A stretch of DNA of 63,410 bases, filler included, from an uncultured Chlamydiae bacterium (GCA_937899275.1; 7 parts of 7 records of this genome joined end to end with filler, not necessarily neighbours in it), one strand, 5' to 3'. Numbered from the whole stretch's first letter, positions 50,270-61,884 are shown. Numbers and translations: made by a program. The notes: generated by a model from the sequence alone, not told the origin.

Positions 50270-51394
50270 TTGGCTATTTTTCAGTCTATTATTTGTTTGA
50301 TTGCTTGCCATGGCGGCGCTGCTAACCACTTTGCTGTTTTTGCAAAGGCTTTAGAAGAACAAGGACATACTGTGGAAATTTATGCTACAGGTCCTGCAAT
50401 AAAAAAATTTCAACAGCACCACATTACAAATATCCATATGTTTTCTCTAGAAGAAGGCGATACAAATGAGGAAGTAGCCGCAAGGATAGCAGCAAAGTGC
50501 GCTAAAGCAGCTATTGTCATCACAGATGTAGGGCATGCATTTGCTATTTGTTTACAAGACGCTCTTTTGAAAAACGCGCCAAAATCTCTAAAAATAGCCT
50601 ACTATGATAACCCCGAGTCTTATGTGCCTGGAGGCTATTCTGCAATCGCATCTAAGGTCATGCAAAAAGCGCAAAAATCTCTATTTGCCAACGCAAATCT
50701 TGCAAAACTTCCTATTTATGAAACGCCTTCTAAGCAAGTGCCTTTACAAGATGCGGATAAAATTGGTCTTGGTTACTATCCCGCATCACAAGGGGAAAAA
50801 ATCGCAGAAAAAAGAGATACAACGTATAGCGCTATGCGCCGCCGCTTTTTTATGGATACAAAGCTGCAAGATACAGGACAAAAAATTCTTGTGTATACAG
50901 GAGGCAATAACACCGAGTATTTTGAAAAAGCCTTTCCCGCTTTTCTACAGTACATAGCCGATTTGCCCAATAAACAAGATATGAAAAATATTTTGATTGT
51001 ATTACAACAGCATCCTGGCGCTAAGGCGAAAAATATCGACCGAAAACTGCTAGAAGACTGGATGCAGCAAAATGGGTCTATTCCGCAGTTTTGTATCTCT
51101 TCTATGAGTACAGATGACGCTTTGGTCATTGCGGATGCAGCTCTTTATTACCAAACAAGCATGGCTCCTCAATTTGTGATTGCGGGTATTCCAACAGTGC
51201 AAGTAGGACATGAAATCTACCAAGACGTCTTGGTGAAAAATCAACTTTGTGTCTGCGTGAACAGCGGAAAAGATTTTGCCGGCGCTTTAGAGTCGCTGCA
51301 GAAAAAACCAGTTGCAGGATCTCTTTTTGCGGTAAAACAAGGTTTGGGAATGCGAGATGATTGGGCTGAGGTATTAAAAAACTTAGCCAAATAA
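50270..51394 (+). CDS. Hypothetical protein, possibly GT-B fold
   Basis: GGAGAGG RBS before TTG 50270; HGGAANH, YYDN, HP and TS...Q...AGIPT motifs recall GT-B enzymes. Confidence 0.55.
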   Translation: MAIFQSIICLIACHGGAANHFAVFAKALEEQGHTVEIYATGPAIKKFQQHHITNIHMFSLEEGDTNEEVAARIAAKCAKAAIVITDVGHAFAICLQDALLKNAPKSLKIAYYDNPESYVPGGYSAIASKVMQKAQKSLFANANLAKLPIYETPSKQVPLQDADKIGLGYYPASQGEKIAEKRDTTYSAMRRRFFMDTKLQDTGQKILVYTGGNNTEYFEKAFPAFLQYIADLPNKQDMKNILIVLQQHPGAKAKNIDRKLLEDWMQQNGSIPQFCISSMSTDDALVIADAALYYQTSMAPQFVIAGIPTVQVGHEIYQDVLVKNQLCVCVNSGKDFAGALESLQKKPVAGSLFAVKQGLGMRDDWAEVLKNLAK

Positions 51395-51415
51395 GCTTGC
51401 ATAGCTTTTCTTATG

Positions 51416-51442
51416 ACGAGTAGCATACTCTATGCTACTCGT
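51416..51442. terminator. Hairpin between convergent genes
   Basis: ACGAGTAGCATA-CTC-TATGCTACTCGT, perfect 12-bp stem. Confidence 0.55.
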
Positions 51443-51452
51443 GTATACACCG

Positions 51453-53728
51453 CTAACTCTTGCTATAATTGAGCAGATACAAAGCTTTTTCTTTTAGCTT
51501 TCTAAAGCCTTTTGAGAGTTTTTTAGTAGACCAAATAAGCCCTCTTATAGGGAAATAGATGGATAGGAAAAAAAAATAGATAGTTCTTTTTATTTTCCTA
51601 TAAAACATGCGGTGTCCTCGTGCTAGTTTTTCCACACCTCGGTTAATGGAACTGCCTACTTTTGTTAGGCAAAAATAGAGTTTTCTAATGGGAAAGCATG
51701 CGGTATACACCATTTGATAAAGAAAAAATCCAGCGCGTAGAGTAGCTTTTTTCAAGGTGTAATAGGTGTTTTTTATCTCGTTTTTCACATCTTGTAGTGA
51801 AACATATAAGATGAGTAGCAAGATCCCCAAAATAGGCATAAATACAAGCAACGATGCAGAAAGGAGCATTTTTTCAGCGATTCTATAGTTTCGATGCGCC
51901 GAGGCAAGCACGCGGTAGAGCTGGTTTTTTGCATAGATTAGACTAGTTTTTATTCTAAGAATAAAAACCTGGCAAAGAGCCATTGCAATAGCTACTGGCC
52001 GTAAAAAAAATGTAGACGACCAGGGAAGTTTTTTTGAGACAGCTTGAATAAGCTGAAATTCTAGCCGACCAGCTGCGTAAAAAAAAAGGGACAGCAGCTG
52101 CCAGTAGGTGTAAACCCCGGGGTTTTTACTTATTTCTGCTGATAGGTTTTCATAAACAGATGAAGAAGGGTGTTTCGAAAGGATCTGTTTAATGAGAGCT
52201 AGGCGGTTTTTCTCTTCATACAATGTAAGCAGGTGATCTACAAGAGGTATTGTGATCTTACTTTTACAGGTCATCAAACGGGGCTTTAACGCCGCTGCTT
52301 GTATCATCTGAGCGAGCTGGTCTTGACTAAAGTTTTTTGCAGACTTAGATCTTCCTATATAACCGGGTAAATCGCCCAGCATGTCATAGGTCCACAGATC
52401 GCATAGAGCCAAGGAGCATTTTTTTACTCTTTCAGGGACGTCTTTTTTCTGGCAAAAATGAAGGAGAGTTCGGGGTATATGGGAAGGTTTTTCTAAACTG
52501 ATTAAAAAGATTTCTTCAAGGTGCCGCATTTTTGTAGCAGTATCTACTGCATCTGTTGAGTTGAGCGCCTTGATAAAAGCGATGATTACGCCATCTTTAT
52601 TTGGTAGGTGATTAGTAACCTTTTGTAGATGCGCTTTGTAGGATTTTTTTTTGTATGCATACGTACGGATCAGCGTGTCTAATAGCGCCGTCTGATGAGA
52701 AGAGCTCAGATCAGGTAGCATCCATAGAGCTTCCATATTGGTAATCAATTTTAGTATAGCGCTTTGTACAGCGCTTACTATATTAGCGTTTTTCTTGGTT
52801 ACATTGAGTACATTGTAGGTCTGCTCTAATGTATATAATTCTGAGTCAGCCCAGGCAAGTGATTTGTCCATGCCAAGGATAGATAATCTATGATTTAGGG
52901 CTTGTAATGTGCCTCTGTAGATTTTTTCTAACCAGTCCCAAAGTACTTTAGTTGGAAACTGGGTAGATACTCCAGCTCGGCGCTCGGCGTCGGAATTAGG
53001 GATGTGGTGATTAGGTAAAGCGCAGCTTTTCTCCTTTTCAGTTTGCTCTAATACAGTTGCAACAGAGGATTTTGTAGCGCGTAGCTGCTTTTCATCTGTA
53101 ATAGTGGCAAGATTGTCTAAATTAATAGAGGCGACCGCTTTTTTGTATAGAGTGAGCGCGTGCGTATTTTGGAAAAACTCTACGACGCTCTTTGATTGTC
53201 TATTCAAAGGAGAAATCCGCTCTATTTCTTGACCAATCTCTGGAATGTAAATGTTCTGATTTTTTAAAGAGGAGAGTATCAGAGCTTGAAAAAGAAGAGG
53301 CAAGCTATTTGCATTTTGTAGTGAAGAGGGCTCGTCTTTCGAAAGCGCTATAAGCGCGCGTTCTAATCGAGGAAACGGGGAGCCTGGATCAGGCTGTAGA
53401 TGAGCAGCTACATTTTTAAGAACATTTAAGACAAGGTCTTGTAAGACAAAGTCTTGAACGTTTTGCAAGTCGGAGCTTTTTCCTTCAGCTAATCGGGGCA
53501 TGCAAAGGTAAGTAAGGCTTCCTTGTGATTTTAACCGGCGGTATAGATGAGCGCGAGCGTTTTTTGGATACTGCGCCTTGGTAAGGTGAAAAATCTCGAC
53601 TAGATTGAGGTAGGATAGAATCCTTTTTTCTAATTGCGGCTGTTGAAGAACTGTGCGTAGTGTAAGAACTGGATGCAAAAGAGGTTTAGAAGAACCTACT
53701 GTTCTTAAAGGGATAGCGCTAATAACAT
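51453..53728 (-). CDS. Large helical effector-like protein with F-box-like N-terminus and C-terminal TM segments (frame open to contig edge)
   Basis: PQLEKRILSYLNLVEIFHL near the N-terminus; hydrophobic helices in the last third. Confidence 0.55.
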
Positions 53729-53828
53729 NNNNNNNNNNNNNNNNNNNNNNNNNNNNNNNNNNNNNNNNNNNNTTAATTAATTAANNNNNNNNNNNNNNNN
53801 NNNNNNNNNNNNNNNNNNNNNNNNNNNN

Positions 53829-54477
53829 CACAGATTTCTTTTGGCAGAAAAGGAGAAAGGGTTTTGTTGAAGCAAAGGATCCTGTCCATATGCTGCACAG
53901 CTACTTCTAAATCGTGGGTAACCATCACAATAGTAAGGGAGCCTTTTCTAGCATAGATATGCTCTAAAAATATCTTTCTTGCTTCAGGGTCTACGCTAGA
54001 TGTAGGCTCATCTAACAGCAGAATTTCTGGGGCATCAACAAGGGCTCTTGCTAAAAGAACTCTTTGGGCAAGTCCTCCTGAAAGATCGCCAAAAGACATA
54101 TTGCGGTAAGGCCATAAATTGAGAGTGTCTAAAAGATTTAATGCTTTTTCTTTGCAGGTTTTTGGATACGATCCAAACCAGCTTGCCTGTTGAATAAAAG
54201 CACTTAAAACAACTTCTAATACGGTAATCGGAAAACGCCTGTCATATTGGAGATTTTGCGGAACATATCCTATCGAAAAAGGGCGTTTGGTGTTGACAGA
54301 CAAAGCGCCCGATGTGGGAGATAAAAATCCTGCAACTAGTCGTAAAAATGTTGTTTTGCCTCCACCATTTGGGCCGATAACAGCTACCATTTCCCCAGGT
54401 TGAATCGCAATCGATGCTTGATCTAATACGCGTTTTTTCTGGTAGGCAAAGGAAAGCGCAGTAGCAACAATAGTCAT
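53829..54477 (-). CDS. znuC: Metal ABC transporter ATP-binding protein (3' cut by contig end)
   Basis: GPNGGGKTT, GYVPQ, LSGG, LLLDEPT, VTHD; overlaps the SBP stop codon. Confidence 0.85.
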
Positions 54478-55409
54478 GCGTTTTCAGGGTTTTTTAATAA
54501 GGAAGCCAGGCGCATTAAGCTATTTGGGTAATGATAAGAGTAAGGATCTACCATACAAACAGGTGCCTTAAGCTCTTTTGCAATCCGTTTTGCCCCTTTT
54601 GCGCTGAATTGAGGCTGGGTAAGAACAACAGAAATTTTTTCTTTTTTTGCCTTTTCTAGCATGTGGAATACTTCGCTGGAGGTGGGCTCTTTTCCCTCTT
54701 GCTCAATAGAGATTTGATGCTAATTGTACCTCTTGCAAAAATAGGCAAAAGAAGGGTGGCTAGTGACAAACGATAGCGATGCGGAGTTGCGTAAGGTAAA
54801 AGCGATCTCTTCATCAAGCGTTTCTAAAGAGGTTTTGAGATCTTCGTAAGAGGAAGTAAAAGAGAGTTCTGGAAAATGCTTAGATAAAATTTTATACATC
54901 GCTTCACATTGCATCAGAGCATTTTTAGGATCCATCCATGTATGTACATCGGAAAAAGCGTCGTTATGCGCCCGATCTTCATGACTATGATTATGAGAGT
55001 GGCAGCAGTTATGTTCTGTATAAATCAAGGAAACAAAGGAGCGAAGATCGTAGATCTTTAAGTTAGGATTTTTTTCTAGAAGTACTGGGGCAAGTTTGTT
55101 TTCAAAGGAATCGCCTACCTGAAACCAAATATCTGCCTTCACAAGGGGAGAAAGGCTCCGGGGAGAAGGCTCGTAGGTGTGGGAATTTACCCCTTCAGGC
55201 ACGATGGTTTTGACATCTACTGCGCCCGCTGTGATCTTTTCTACAAAATATTTATAGGGAGCAATACTGACAATAACCAAAGGGTTTTTTTTAGCAACAT
55301 CTTGATCCAAGCTAGACACGCTGTCACCAAGGTTTACGCCGGCATTTATACCGGTCCAAAGAAGACCGCATAAAAAACAGCTACAAGTTAAAAATAAAAA
55401 CTTTCTCAT
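54474..55409 (-). pseudogene. znuA: Zn ABC substrate-binding protein interrupted by one in-frame TAG
   Basis: HTYEP, His-rich loop, H.W.DP, H.SF.YF. TAG at 54722-54720 in YN*HQISIEQEGKEP; the frame continues to QPQF and DPY. Confidence 0.85.
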
Positions 55410-55520
55410 TGTAAAAAATTTATCAAGTAAAAATGATTCTTTCAATGGAAATTGCCCCTTTCTTTTCTTGTGTCTTTTTTCAAAACTTCTTTAATATGGA
55501 AAAACTATGGAGAAAAAATC

Positions 55521-56930
55521 ATGCAAAAAACGCTTTTTTTATTTCGAGACGATCTTAGGCTAGAGGATAATCCCGGCTATTTTGCTGCCTGTGAAAAAGG
55601 GAAAGTGCTGCCTGTATACATTTTAGACGATTTAGCTCCTAAAGTGTATGCAAAAGGCGCTGCAAGTATGTTGTGGCTACATCACTCTCTTTTAGATCTA
55701 AAAAAAAGTTTAGAAAATCATTTACATATCGACAAAGGAGATCCTGAAGAAATCCTCATTTCTTTGATTGAAAAAGAGAAGATCGATGCGGTGTATATGA
55801 GCGCTTCTTTCGCTCCTTGGTACCGCAGTTTTGATGGAAAAATAGAGAAAATCCTCAAAAAAAAGGGGACAGAATTTTCTTTATTTAACTCTTCTTATTT
55901 AAGACACCCAGAAGAAGTTGTGAAAGATTGCGGCAAACCTTTTTCTGTATTTTCTCCGTTTAAAAGAAAAAGTTACAAATTTTCTGTAAGAAAGCCTTTT
56001 CCAAAACCAAAAGAGCCTCACTGGATTAAGTCAAAAGGGTCATTGCAGGTTGATGATTTAGCCCTTCTTCCCACAAGGCCTTGGGGAAAAACGGTAGCAT
56101 CCCATTGGGAATTTGGAGAAAAAGCGGCTCATAAAAAACTCAACGTATTCCTAAAAAGGGGTCTTCATGGCTATAAAAAAGGAAGGGATTTTCCTGCATT
56201 AGAACACACATCTAGGCTTTCTCCTCATTTAGCTTTTGGAGAAATTTCTCCTTTCCAGATTTGGCATGCCGTAGAAAAAGCAGATGCTCCTGAAAAAGAT
56301 GTAGAGCATTTTTTAAGTGAAATCACCTGGCGAGAATTTTCCTACTACCTCTTGTACCATTATCCACCTCTTCCAGAAAAAAACTTTCAAAAGAAATTTG
56401 ATCGATTTCCCTGGCAGACGCATACGAAGCTATTAAGCGCCTGGGAAAAAGGGGAGACAGGCTATCCCATTATTGATGCAGGGATGCGTCAGCTTTGGCA
56501 GACAGGATATCTGCATAACCGCCTGAGGATGACTGTAGGCTCATTTCTTGTGAAAAACCTACTGATCCATTGGCATAAAGGACGCGACTGGTTTTGGGAT
56601 ACTTTAGTCGATGCAGACATCGCCAACAATAGCGCAGGCTGGCAGTGGATTGCAGGATCTGGCGCTGATGCAGCGCCGTATTTCCGGATTTTTAGCCCTA
56701 AAAGTCAGGTCGAACGCTTTGATCCAGAAGGGGAGTATATACGCCATTTTTTGCCCGAATTAAAGGATCTACCCCAAAAATATTTAGCAGAACCTTGGCA
56801 AGCTCCGGAAGATGTTCTTAGAAAAGCAGGCGTATGTTTGGGGAAAAATTATCCAGAGCCGATCATCGATATACAAGAATCGAGAAAAAAAGCGTTAGCT
56901 GCTTTTCAGTCGATTGGGAAAACAACTTGA
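55521..56930 (+). CDS. phrB: CPD DNA photolyase
   Basis: RDDLRLEDNP, TSRLSPHLAFGEIS, WREF, TGYPIIDAGMRQL, HNR.RM, WQWIAGSGADAAPYFRIF. Confidence 0.95.
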   Translation: MQKTLFLFRDDLRLEDNPGYFAACEKGKVLPVYILDDLAPKVYAKGAASMLWLHHSLLDLKKSLENHLHIDKGDPEEILISLIEKEKIDAVYMSASFAPWYRSFDGKIEKILKKKGTEFSLFNSSYLRHPEEVVKDCGKPFSVFSPFKRKSYKFSVRKPFPKPKEPHWIKSKGSLQVDDLALLPTRPWGKTVASHWEFGEKAAHKKLNVFLKRGLHGYKKGRDFPALEHTSRLSPHLAFGEISPFQIWHAVEKADAPEKDVEHFLSEITWREFSYYLLYHYPPLPEKNFQKKFDRFPWQTHTKLLSAWEKGETGYPIIDAGMRQLWQTGYLHNRLRMTVGSFLVKNLLIHWHKGRDWFWDTLVDADIANNSAGWQWIAGSGADAAPYFRIFSPKSQVERFDPEGEYIRHFLPELKDLPQKYLAEPWQAPEDVLRKAGVCLGKNYPEPIIDIQESRKKALAAFQSIGKTT

Positions 56931-57097
56931 AGGCTCAATACGTAGTTGCGCTATACAATCTACCAAAATGCAGCACGCTTCTAAGAGAGAATAAAAAATT
57001 TTTGATTCTTCAGGATTGTCTATGATGTTTTTCTTGCCTTTTACCGAAATGCCATAACATAATGCAGATAAGGATGTTTTAGCGAGGTAAAATAGTT

Positions 57098-57388
57098 TTG
57101 GATTCTTCTTCTGGATTTTCTCAGATGATCATCTTGATGATTGCGATGTTTGTCTTCTTTTATTTTATCTTATACAGACCAGAGAAAAAAAGGCGTCAGC
57201 GTATGGACGAAGAGCGCTCTTCTATGAAAAAAGGAGATCAAGTCGTCGCTATGGGCATTTTAGGTACAGTCGATACTGTCAAAGAAAAAACCGTGATTGT
57301 TAGTATGGTAGATGGCGCAAAAATCGAGTTTTTGAAAGCAGCTGTTACCAGCGTAGATCCAGCTGGATCTACTCCTTCAAAAAAGTAG
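57098..57388 (+). CDS. yajC: Preprotein translocase subunit YajC
   Basis: FFYFILYRPEKKR, KKGD.V...GI.GTV. Confidence 0.92.
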   Translation: MDSSSGFSQMIILMIAMFVFFYFILYRPEKKRRQRMDEERSSMKKGDQVVAMGILGTVDTVKEKTVIVSMVDGAKIEFLKAAVTSVDPAGSTPSKK

Positions 57389-57616
57389 ATTATCTTTAAT
57401 AGTCTGAATCTACGTTTGCATCCTAGGGTGTTCGAATATCATTGACTATATCCACCGAATATTCGTCACTATCACTCGTACTACCCTCTACATCATCTCC
57501 CAGACGAAAGCCCGTANNNNNNNNNNNNNNNNNNNNNNNNNNNNNNNNNNNNNNNNNNNNTTAATTAATTAANNNNNNNNNNNNNNNNNNNNNNNNNNNN
57601 NNNNNNNNNNNNNNNN

Positions 57617-57740
57617 GTTCTACGTTAATGCGCGCGCTTTCTAAGTGAAGCTTTGTGAAAGGAGTTCGGAGAAAATAGGGTTTAGCAAAAGCAACGCCTT
57701 TACTTAACGAAAACCCCTGCAATACTTTCTCTTCTTTCAA
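57617..57740 (-). CDS. ptsI: PTS enzyme I, N-terminal fragment
   Basis: MKEEKVLQGFSLSKGVAFAK from TTG 57740, overlapping the ptsH stop; cut by contig end. Confidence 0.65.
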
Positions 57741-58009
57741 GGTGTTTCTCCAAATTTTTTTTCAAATGCGCTGGCAAGTGCCTGGACCACTTCTTTAGCA
57801 TCTTCCCCTTCTGCTGTAATGGTAATAAAGCAGTTTTTCTGGGCAGCTAACATCAAAATCCCCATGATACTTCTTGCATTGATGGTATCTTTTTTATAAG
57901 TAAACGCAACCTTTGCCCGAAAATTTTGCAGTAGTTTCACAATCGCTGTAGCCGGCCTTGTATGAATCCCTAAATCATTTTTGATTTTAACTCTCTTGAC
58001 GCATTTCAT
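57737..58009 (-). CDS. ptsH: Phosphocarrier protein HPr
   Basis: GIHTRPA (His15) and NARSIMGIL (Ser46). Confidence 0.95.
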   Translation of the reverse strand: MKCVKRVKIKNDLGIHTRPATAIVKLLQNFRAKVAFTYKKDTINARSIMGILMLAAQKNCFITITAEGEDAKEVVQALASAFEKKFGETP

Positions 58010-58952
58010 GTATAGAGGCTCTTGGCTGTCTTTTCGATATGGCTTGTAAGAGTTTTGCGTTGAATTCTTTTGCAGAGTGGTATCCCATGTGCTTTAAACG
58101 GTGATTTAAAGCGATTGTTTCAATCAAAAGCATCACATCTCTTCCCGGTTTTACAGGTAGCACATTAAAGGGGATACTAATACCTAAGATATCGCAAAAT
58201 TTTTCTTCTAATCCTACTCGATCATAAAAGTGGCAATCATCCCATTTTTCTAGCTTTACCACAATATCTAGCGCTTTATCTGGTCTTACGCAAACAGCTC
58301 CATATAAATGCGCTACATTGATGATTCCAATCCCCCGAATTTCCATCAAATGGCGCGTCAAATCAGGTCCATACCCGACTAAATAAGCGCTTTCTTTTTT
58401 ATAGACTTTGACTACATCATCGGAAATAAGCCTATGGCCTCTTTCGATGAGTCCTAAAGCAGCTTCACTTTTTCCAATGGAAGACTCCCCTTGGATCAGT
58501 ACACCGATTCCAAATACTTCAACTAATGTGCCATGCATCATCACCGACGGAGAAAATTTTTCTTCCAACACAAATGTCAATTTCGCCATCAGCTCCGTTG
58601 CGGAAGTATGCGATAAAAATAACGGGATTTCCATGTCTTTACAAATTGCAGTAAGTTCACGAACGGGCCTATGCCCTTTTCCAATAATCACTGCAGGGGT
58701 TTGATTCGAGAGGATATTTTTTAGACGCATCTTACGCAAATCTTTTTCCATATCGCGAAGATAGCCCATTTCTGTTCTACCGATTACCATCACCCGGTTT
58801 TTCACAAAATGGGGTATATAACCAGATAAGCTGAGACCTGGCCTTTGCGCTTCTGGCTTACGGATCACTCGATTGAGTCCAAGCTGACCCGCAATGATCC
58901 GAAGACCTAATTCTTGTTCATAATTTTTATAAAAATCTTCAACTAAATACAT
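57987..58952 (-). CDS. hprK: HPr kinase/phosphorylase
   Basis: RPGL.LSG, HG.LVEVFG.GVLI.G.S.IGKSE.AL.L..RGHRL.SDD, EIRGIGII. Confidence 0.96.
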   Translation of the reverse strand: MYLVEDFYKNYEQELGLRIIAGQLGLNRVIRKPEAQRPGLSLSGYIPHFVKNRVMVIGRTEMGYLRDMEKDLRKMRLKNILSNQTPAVIIGKGHRPVRELTAICKDMEIPLFLSHTSATELMAKLTFVLEEKFSPSVMMHGTLVEVFGIGVLIQGESSIGKSEAALGLIERGHRLISDDVVKVYKKESAYLVGYGPDLTRHLMEIRGIGIINVAHLYGAVCVRPDKALDIVVKLEKWDDCHFYDRVGLEEKFCDILGISIPFNVLPVKPGRDVMLLIETIALNHRLKHMGYHSAKEFNAKLLQAISKRQPRASIHEMRQES

Positions 58953-58975
58953 AGAAAAGAAACGGTGTTTGCGGC

Positions 58976-60142
58976 AAAAAAATGTTAGAGGAAAGAAGAA
59001 AACATTTTTTTAACCAAAAGATCACACATTACAAAAAAGTATGAAAAAACCCAAGAAAAATCATCCAAATACGATTAAATAAGAAACGGCACAAAAAAAA
59101 GCTTCTATTGAAGCTCTTTTTTTGTCCTTTAGGGCTGTGATGCAAAGCGCTTGTCTAAGCTTTTGTTTTCTAATACACTTTTTCCAAGCCGTCCTACGAC
59201 CCAGGAAAATACCTGAATAAGCAATCCTCCCAAAACATGCTTTTCATTATACACGCTTTAATTACGGGAAAACAAGGGGCTATGATTACAATAGCGCCGC
59301 CGCTTTAACAGCTACGGAGATATCGATCTAAAAAGGCTATTTTTTCAGAACTACGTTTTAGTTTAACATCTTTCTTATTGTGTTTACTCTTTCAGAAAAT
59401 AGATTTTTAGAACGTACTTCCGTTACTAATGCCCCAGGTTTATAAAAATAATATCGGGATAAATTGTAATCATAAAACATACGGTTCATCAGCGGAATCG
59501 CAAAGGGAATAAGACCACAAAGATACCTTGAATAATGCTTTTCTTTTAGATAAGCCAAGTACACTCCTTTTTCAGATTGATTGCCTGTCTGGGACTTACA
59601 AAGCCTTGCCAAGCACTCAAAGAGCTTATTTGTTACAGCAACCACAATATCCAAAACGGTAAGTAGCGTTCCCACTACAGGAACCGCCTCTAACATATGT
59701 AAAAGCTGTATCTTCGCTGTAGTATTGTAGTCTGCTATCGTATCACTACTTTTAATACTAGAAACCATAGTTAACTCCCTTTTTTTGATTATTAATATAA
59801 TATCAATTTTGCTATTTTAACTTAAATATTATTATTTATACAACAATCTCCCTAACAAAATTCAATAAAATACGACTCTTTTTATATAAAGTATTTAAAA
59901 TGAGAAATTTGCGAAAAAATCGCCTTTTAGATCGAGGGATCAGTTGATGCATTGTATATCCCTTGCGCTTTTTACCTTTTCGAAAAAGCAATATATCCGA
60001 TCTAAAGCGTACCTACCTTAAAAAAATGTTAAAGGAAAGAAGAAAACATTTTTTAACTAAAATATCGCGCATTACAAAAAAGTATGAAAAAACCCAAGAA
60101 AAATCATCCATACAGGATCAAATAAGAAACGCCACAAAAAAA
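58976..60142. repeat. About 120-bp imperfect direct repeat (58976-59099 and 60020-60142)
   Basis: AAAATGTTA.AGGAAAGAAGAAAACATTTTTT...CATTACAAAAAAGTATGAAAAAACCCAAGAAAAATCATCCA...AAATAAGAAACG.CACAAAAAAA in both copies. Confidence 0.9.
59358..59768 (-). CDS. Small chlamydial effector-like protein, paralog of 40310-40738
   Basis: Shared motifs with 40310-40738; GGGAG RBS. Confidence 0.65.
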   Translation of the reverse strand: MVSSIKSSDTIADYNTTAKIQLLHMLEAVPVVGTLLTVLDIVVAVTNKLFECLARLCKSQTGNQSEKGVYLAYLKEKHYSRYLCGLIPFAIPLMNRMFYDYNLSRYYFYKPGALVTEVRSKNLFSERVNTIRKMLN

Positions 60143-60449
60143 CGTGATGCCGTAGATTTCTACTCTAGCGGTGCTTTTTTTGCCATGATATCCCTTGTTA
60201 ATTGTATCCTGTGATTAAAGGGCTCCGTCCGATGTGGAGATGTACCGCATGGACTGAGGCAATACATCAGATCTCGACTGTATGTACGATGAAGGCAATT
60301 CATAAAAATAATTACAAAAGGAATAAGCGCGGTACGTTCTAGTTACGGCCTATATTTTCCATTTATCAATTGTTGCCCTTACCTTCTTAATCGCTTCTAG
60401 AGTCTGGTAGCGCTCGACAGCAGATACATAGGATGTAAAGATCTTGATC

Positions 60450-61109
60450 ATTGAGGTGATCACCTCAACAGAAAGACGCAGACGACGGAACTCTAGAGGC
60501 AAAAAGGATGGCCGAGAACTAGTGGATGAGATCCAGATTATCCTCTCTAAAAGACCCACTTATGGATACAGAAGGGTCACATCCCTCAAAAGCAAAGGAG
60601 CTCATGCCGGTAAAGTAGCAACCGTTGCAAGCAATATCTGCTGGTGCTCAGATAGCTTTAGCGTTGAGCGACCCAATGAGTCGGGTGCATCTAGCGTTCT
60701 CAATCGACGCATGCGACAGAGAAGTTCTGAGGCCATCAGAGATCTGATGTTGGAAAGCGTAGAGGATAGAACAGGACAAAACCGGTTAACCGCGCCAGTC
60801 CAATAGCTATAGGATAACGGAAGCTGTTACACAGCTCAAGAAACCGTCTGTTTCTGTAGAGACCTGGGCTTAGAAATCTGCACAACGCCGGCTTATAGTC
60901 CAGAGAGTAATGGGATCTCAAAAGCGTTTGTTACAACGTGTAAAAGAGACTATACAGCGTATGGCCAAATGACATCTCAAATGCTAAAGTTGTAATGGAA
61001 AAACTACACGAATGGCAGGCGTTAAAAATGCTCTCACTAAGAGAATATATAGAAGAGTATATAGAAAAAACGAAGTTAGCAGGTTAGTCGTCCACTTTTT
61101 TGGGAGCTA
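60450..61109 (+). mobile_element. IS3-family (IS2 group) remnant with several internal deletions
   Basis: IEVITSTERRRR, RPTYGYRRVT, H.GKVA...SN..WCSD, DNGSCY, SPESNG, KRDY fragments. Confidence 0.82.
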
Positions 61110-61379
61110 ATAACCCATATGGTCTTGAAGACGACCGAGATCACATATACAAAATATGCCCAAACCTAATAAGCCAATACCGGCTACTATACCTACAGGT
61201 CCGGCTACTATACTTACAGATATTGTACAAACAATGGAGGCGATTAAGACCATGAGTCCTAAAGCGGCTAATGCAACTGCAGTGATTTTGAGGCGCCTGC
61301 TCTGCCTACAATATAAGTCGTCAAGGCCATCATCGGTAGGTTCATTACCCGGGGGCGGTGTAGCGGAAGAAATGCTCAT
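61107..61379 (-). CDS. Small Inc-like protein
   Basis: S/T/P-rich N-terminus and a bilobed hydrophobic domain of about 48 aa; GGAG RBS. Confidence 0.65.
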   Translation of the reverse strand: MSISSATPPPGNEPTDDGLDDLYCRQSRRLKITAVALAALGLMVLIASIVCTISVSIVAGPVGIVAGIGLLGLGIFCICDLGRLQDHMGY

Positions 61380-61597
61380 ATATCTCCTATTTTATTGAAT
61401 CCATGCCTAGTCTACTGTGTATCCAGTAAAGCAAAATCAGAACATGGATATTTTTGTTTCAAAAACAATTATACTATAAGTTTTAATATAAATAAAGACA
61501 AATAACTTCTATAAAAATAATATTATTTATAAACAATATCCAATAAATTGTTAGTATTGATCTATTTAAATTCTGTAAATAAAAAATTGGGGGGGGG

Positions 61598-61642
<45 letters not shown>

Positions 61643-61884
61643 NNNNNNNNNNNNNNNNNNNNNNNNNNNNNNNNNNNNNNNNNNNNTTAATTAATTAANN
61701 NNNNNNNNNNNNNNNNNNNNNNNNNNNNNNNNNNNNNNNNNNCAAGCGAGAGGGCTTGCACCAGGGTGAGCGTACCGCTGAGAAAACAATCCATTGGGCT
61801 CTTACCTACCTCCTCTGACCTCTGTCTTACCCTCAGGAACGCCCTGTAAGCTATTTTTGGGTTACCATTGCTTACGCATACCCG

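Noticed and set aside
54720..54722. TAG recoding or readthrough suggested by several in-frame TAGs
   Set aside because: TAG terminates core genes here (cyoA, hctA, rmuC, yajC), and the internal TAGs replace different residues.
59963..60214. 83-aa Lys-rich ORF
   Set aside because: Made largely of the A-rich non-coding repeat, whose other copy is not in an equivalent ORF.
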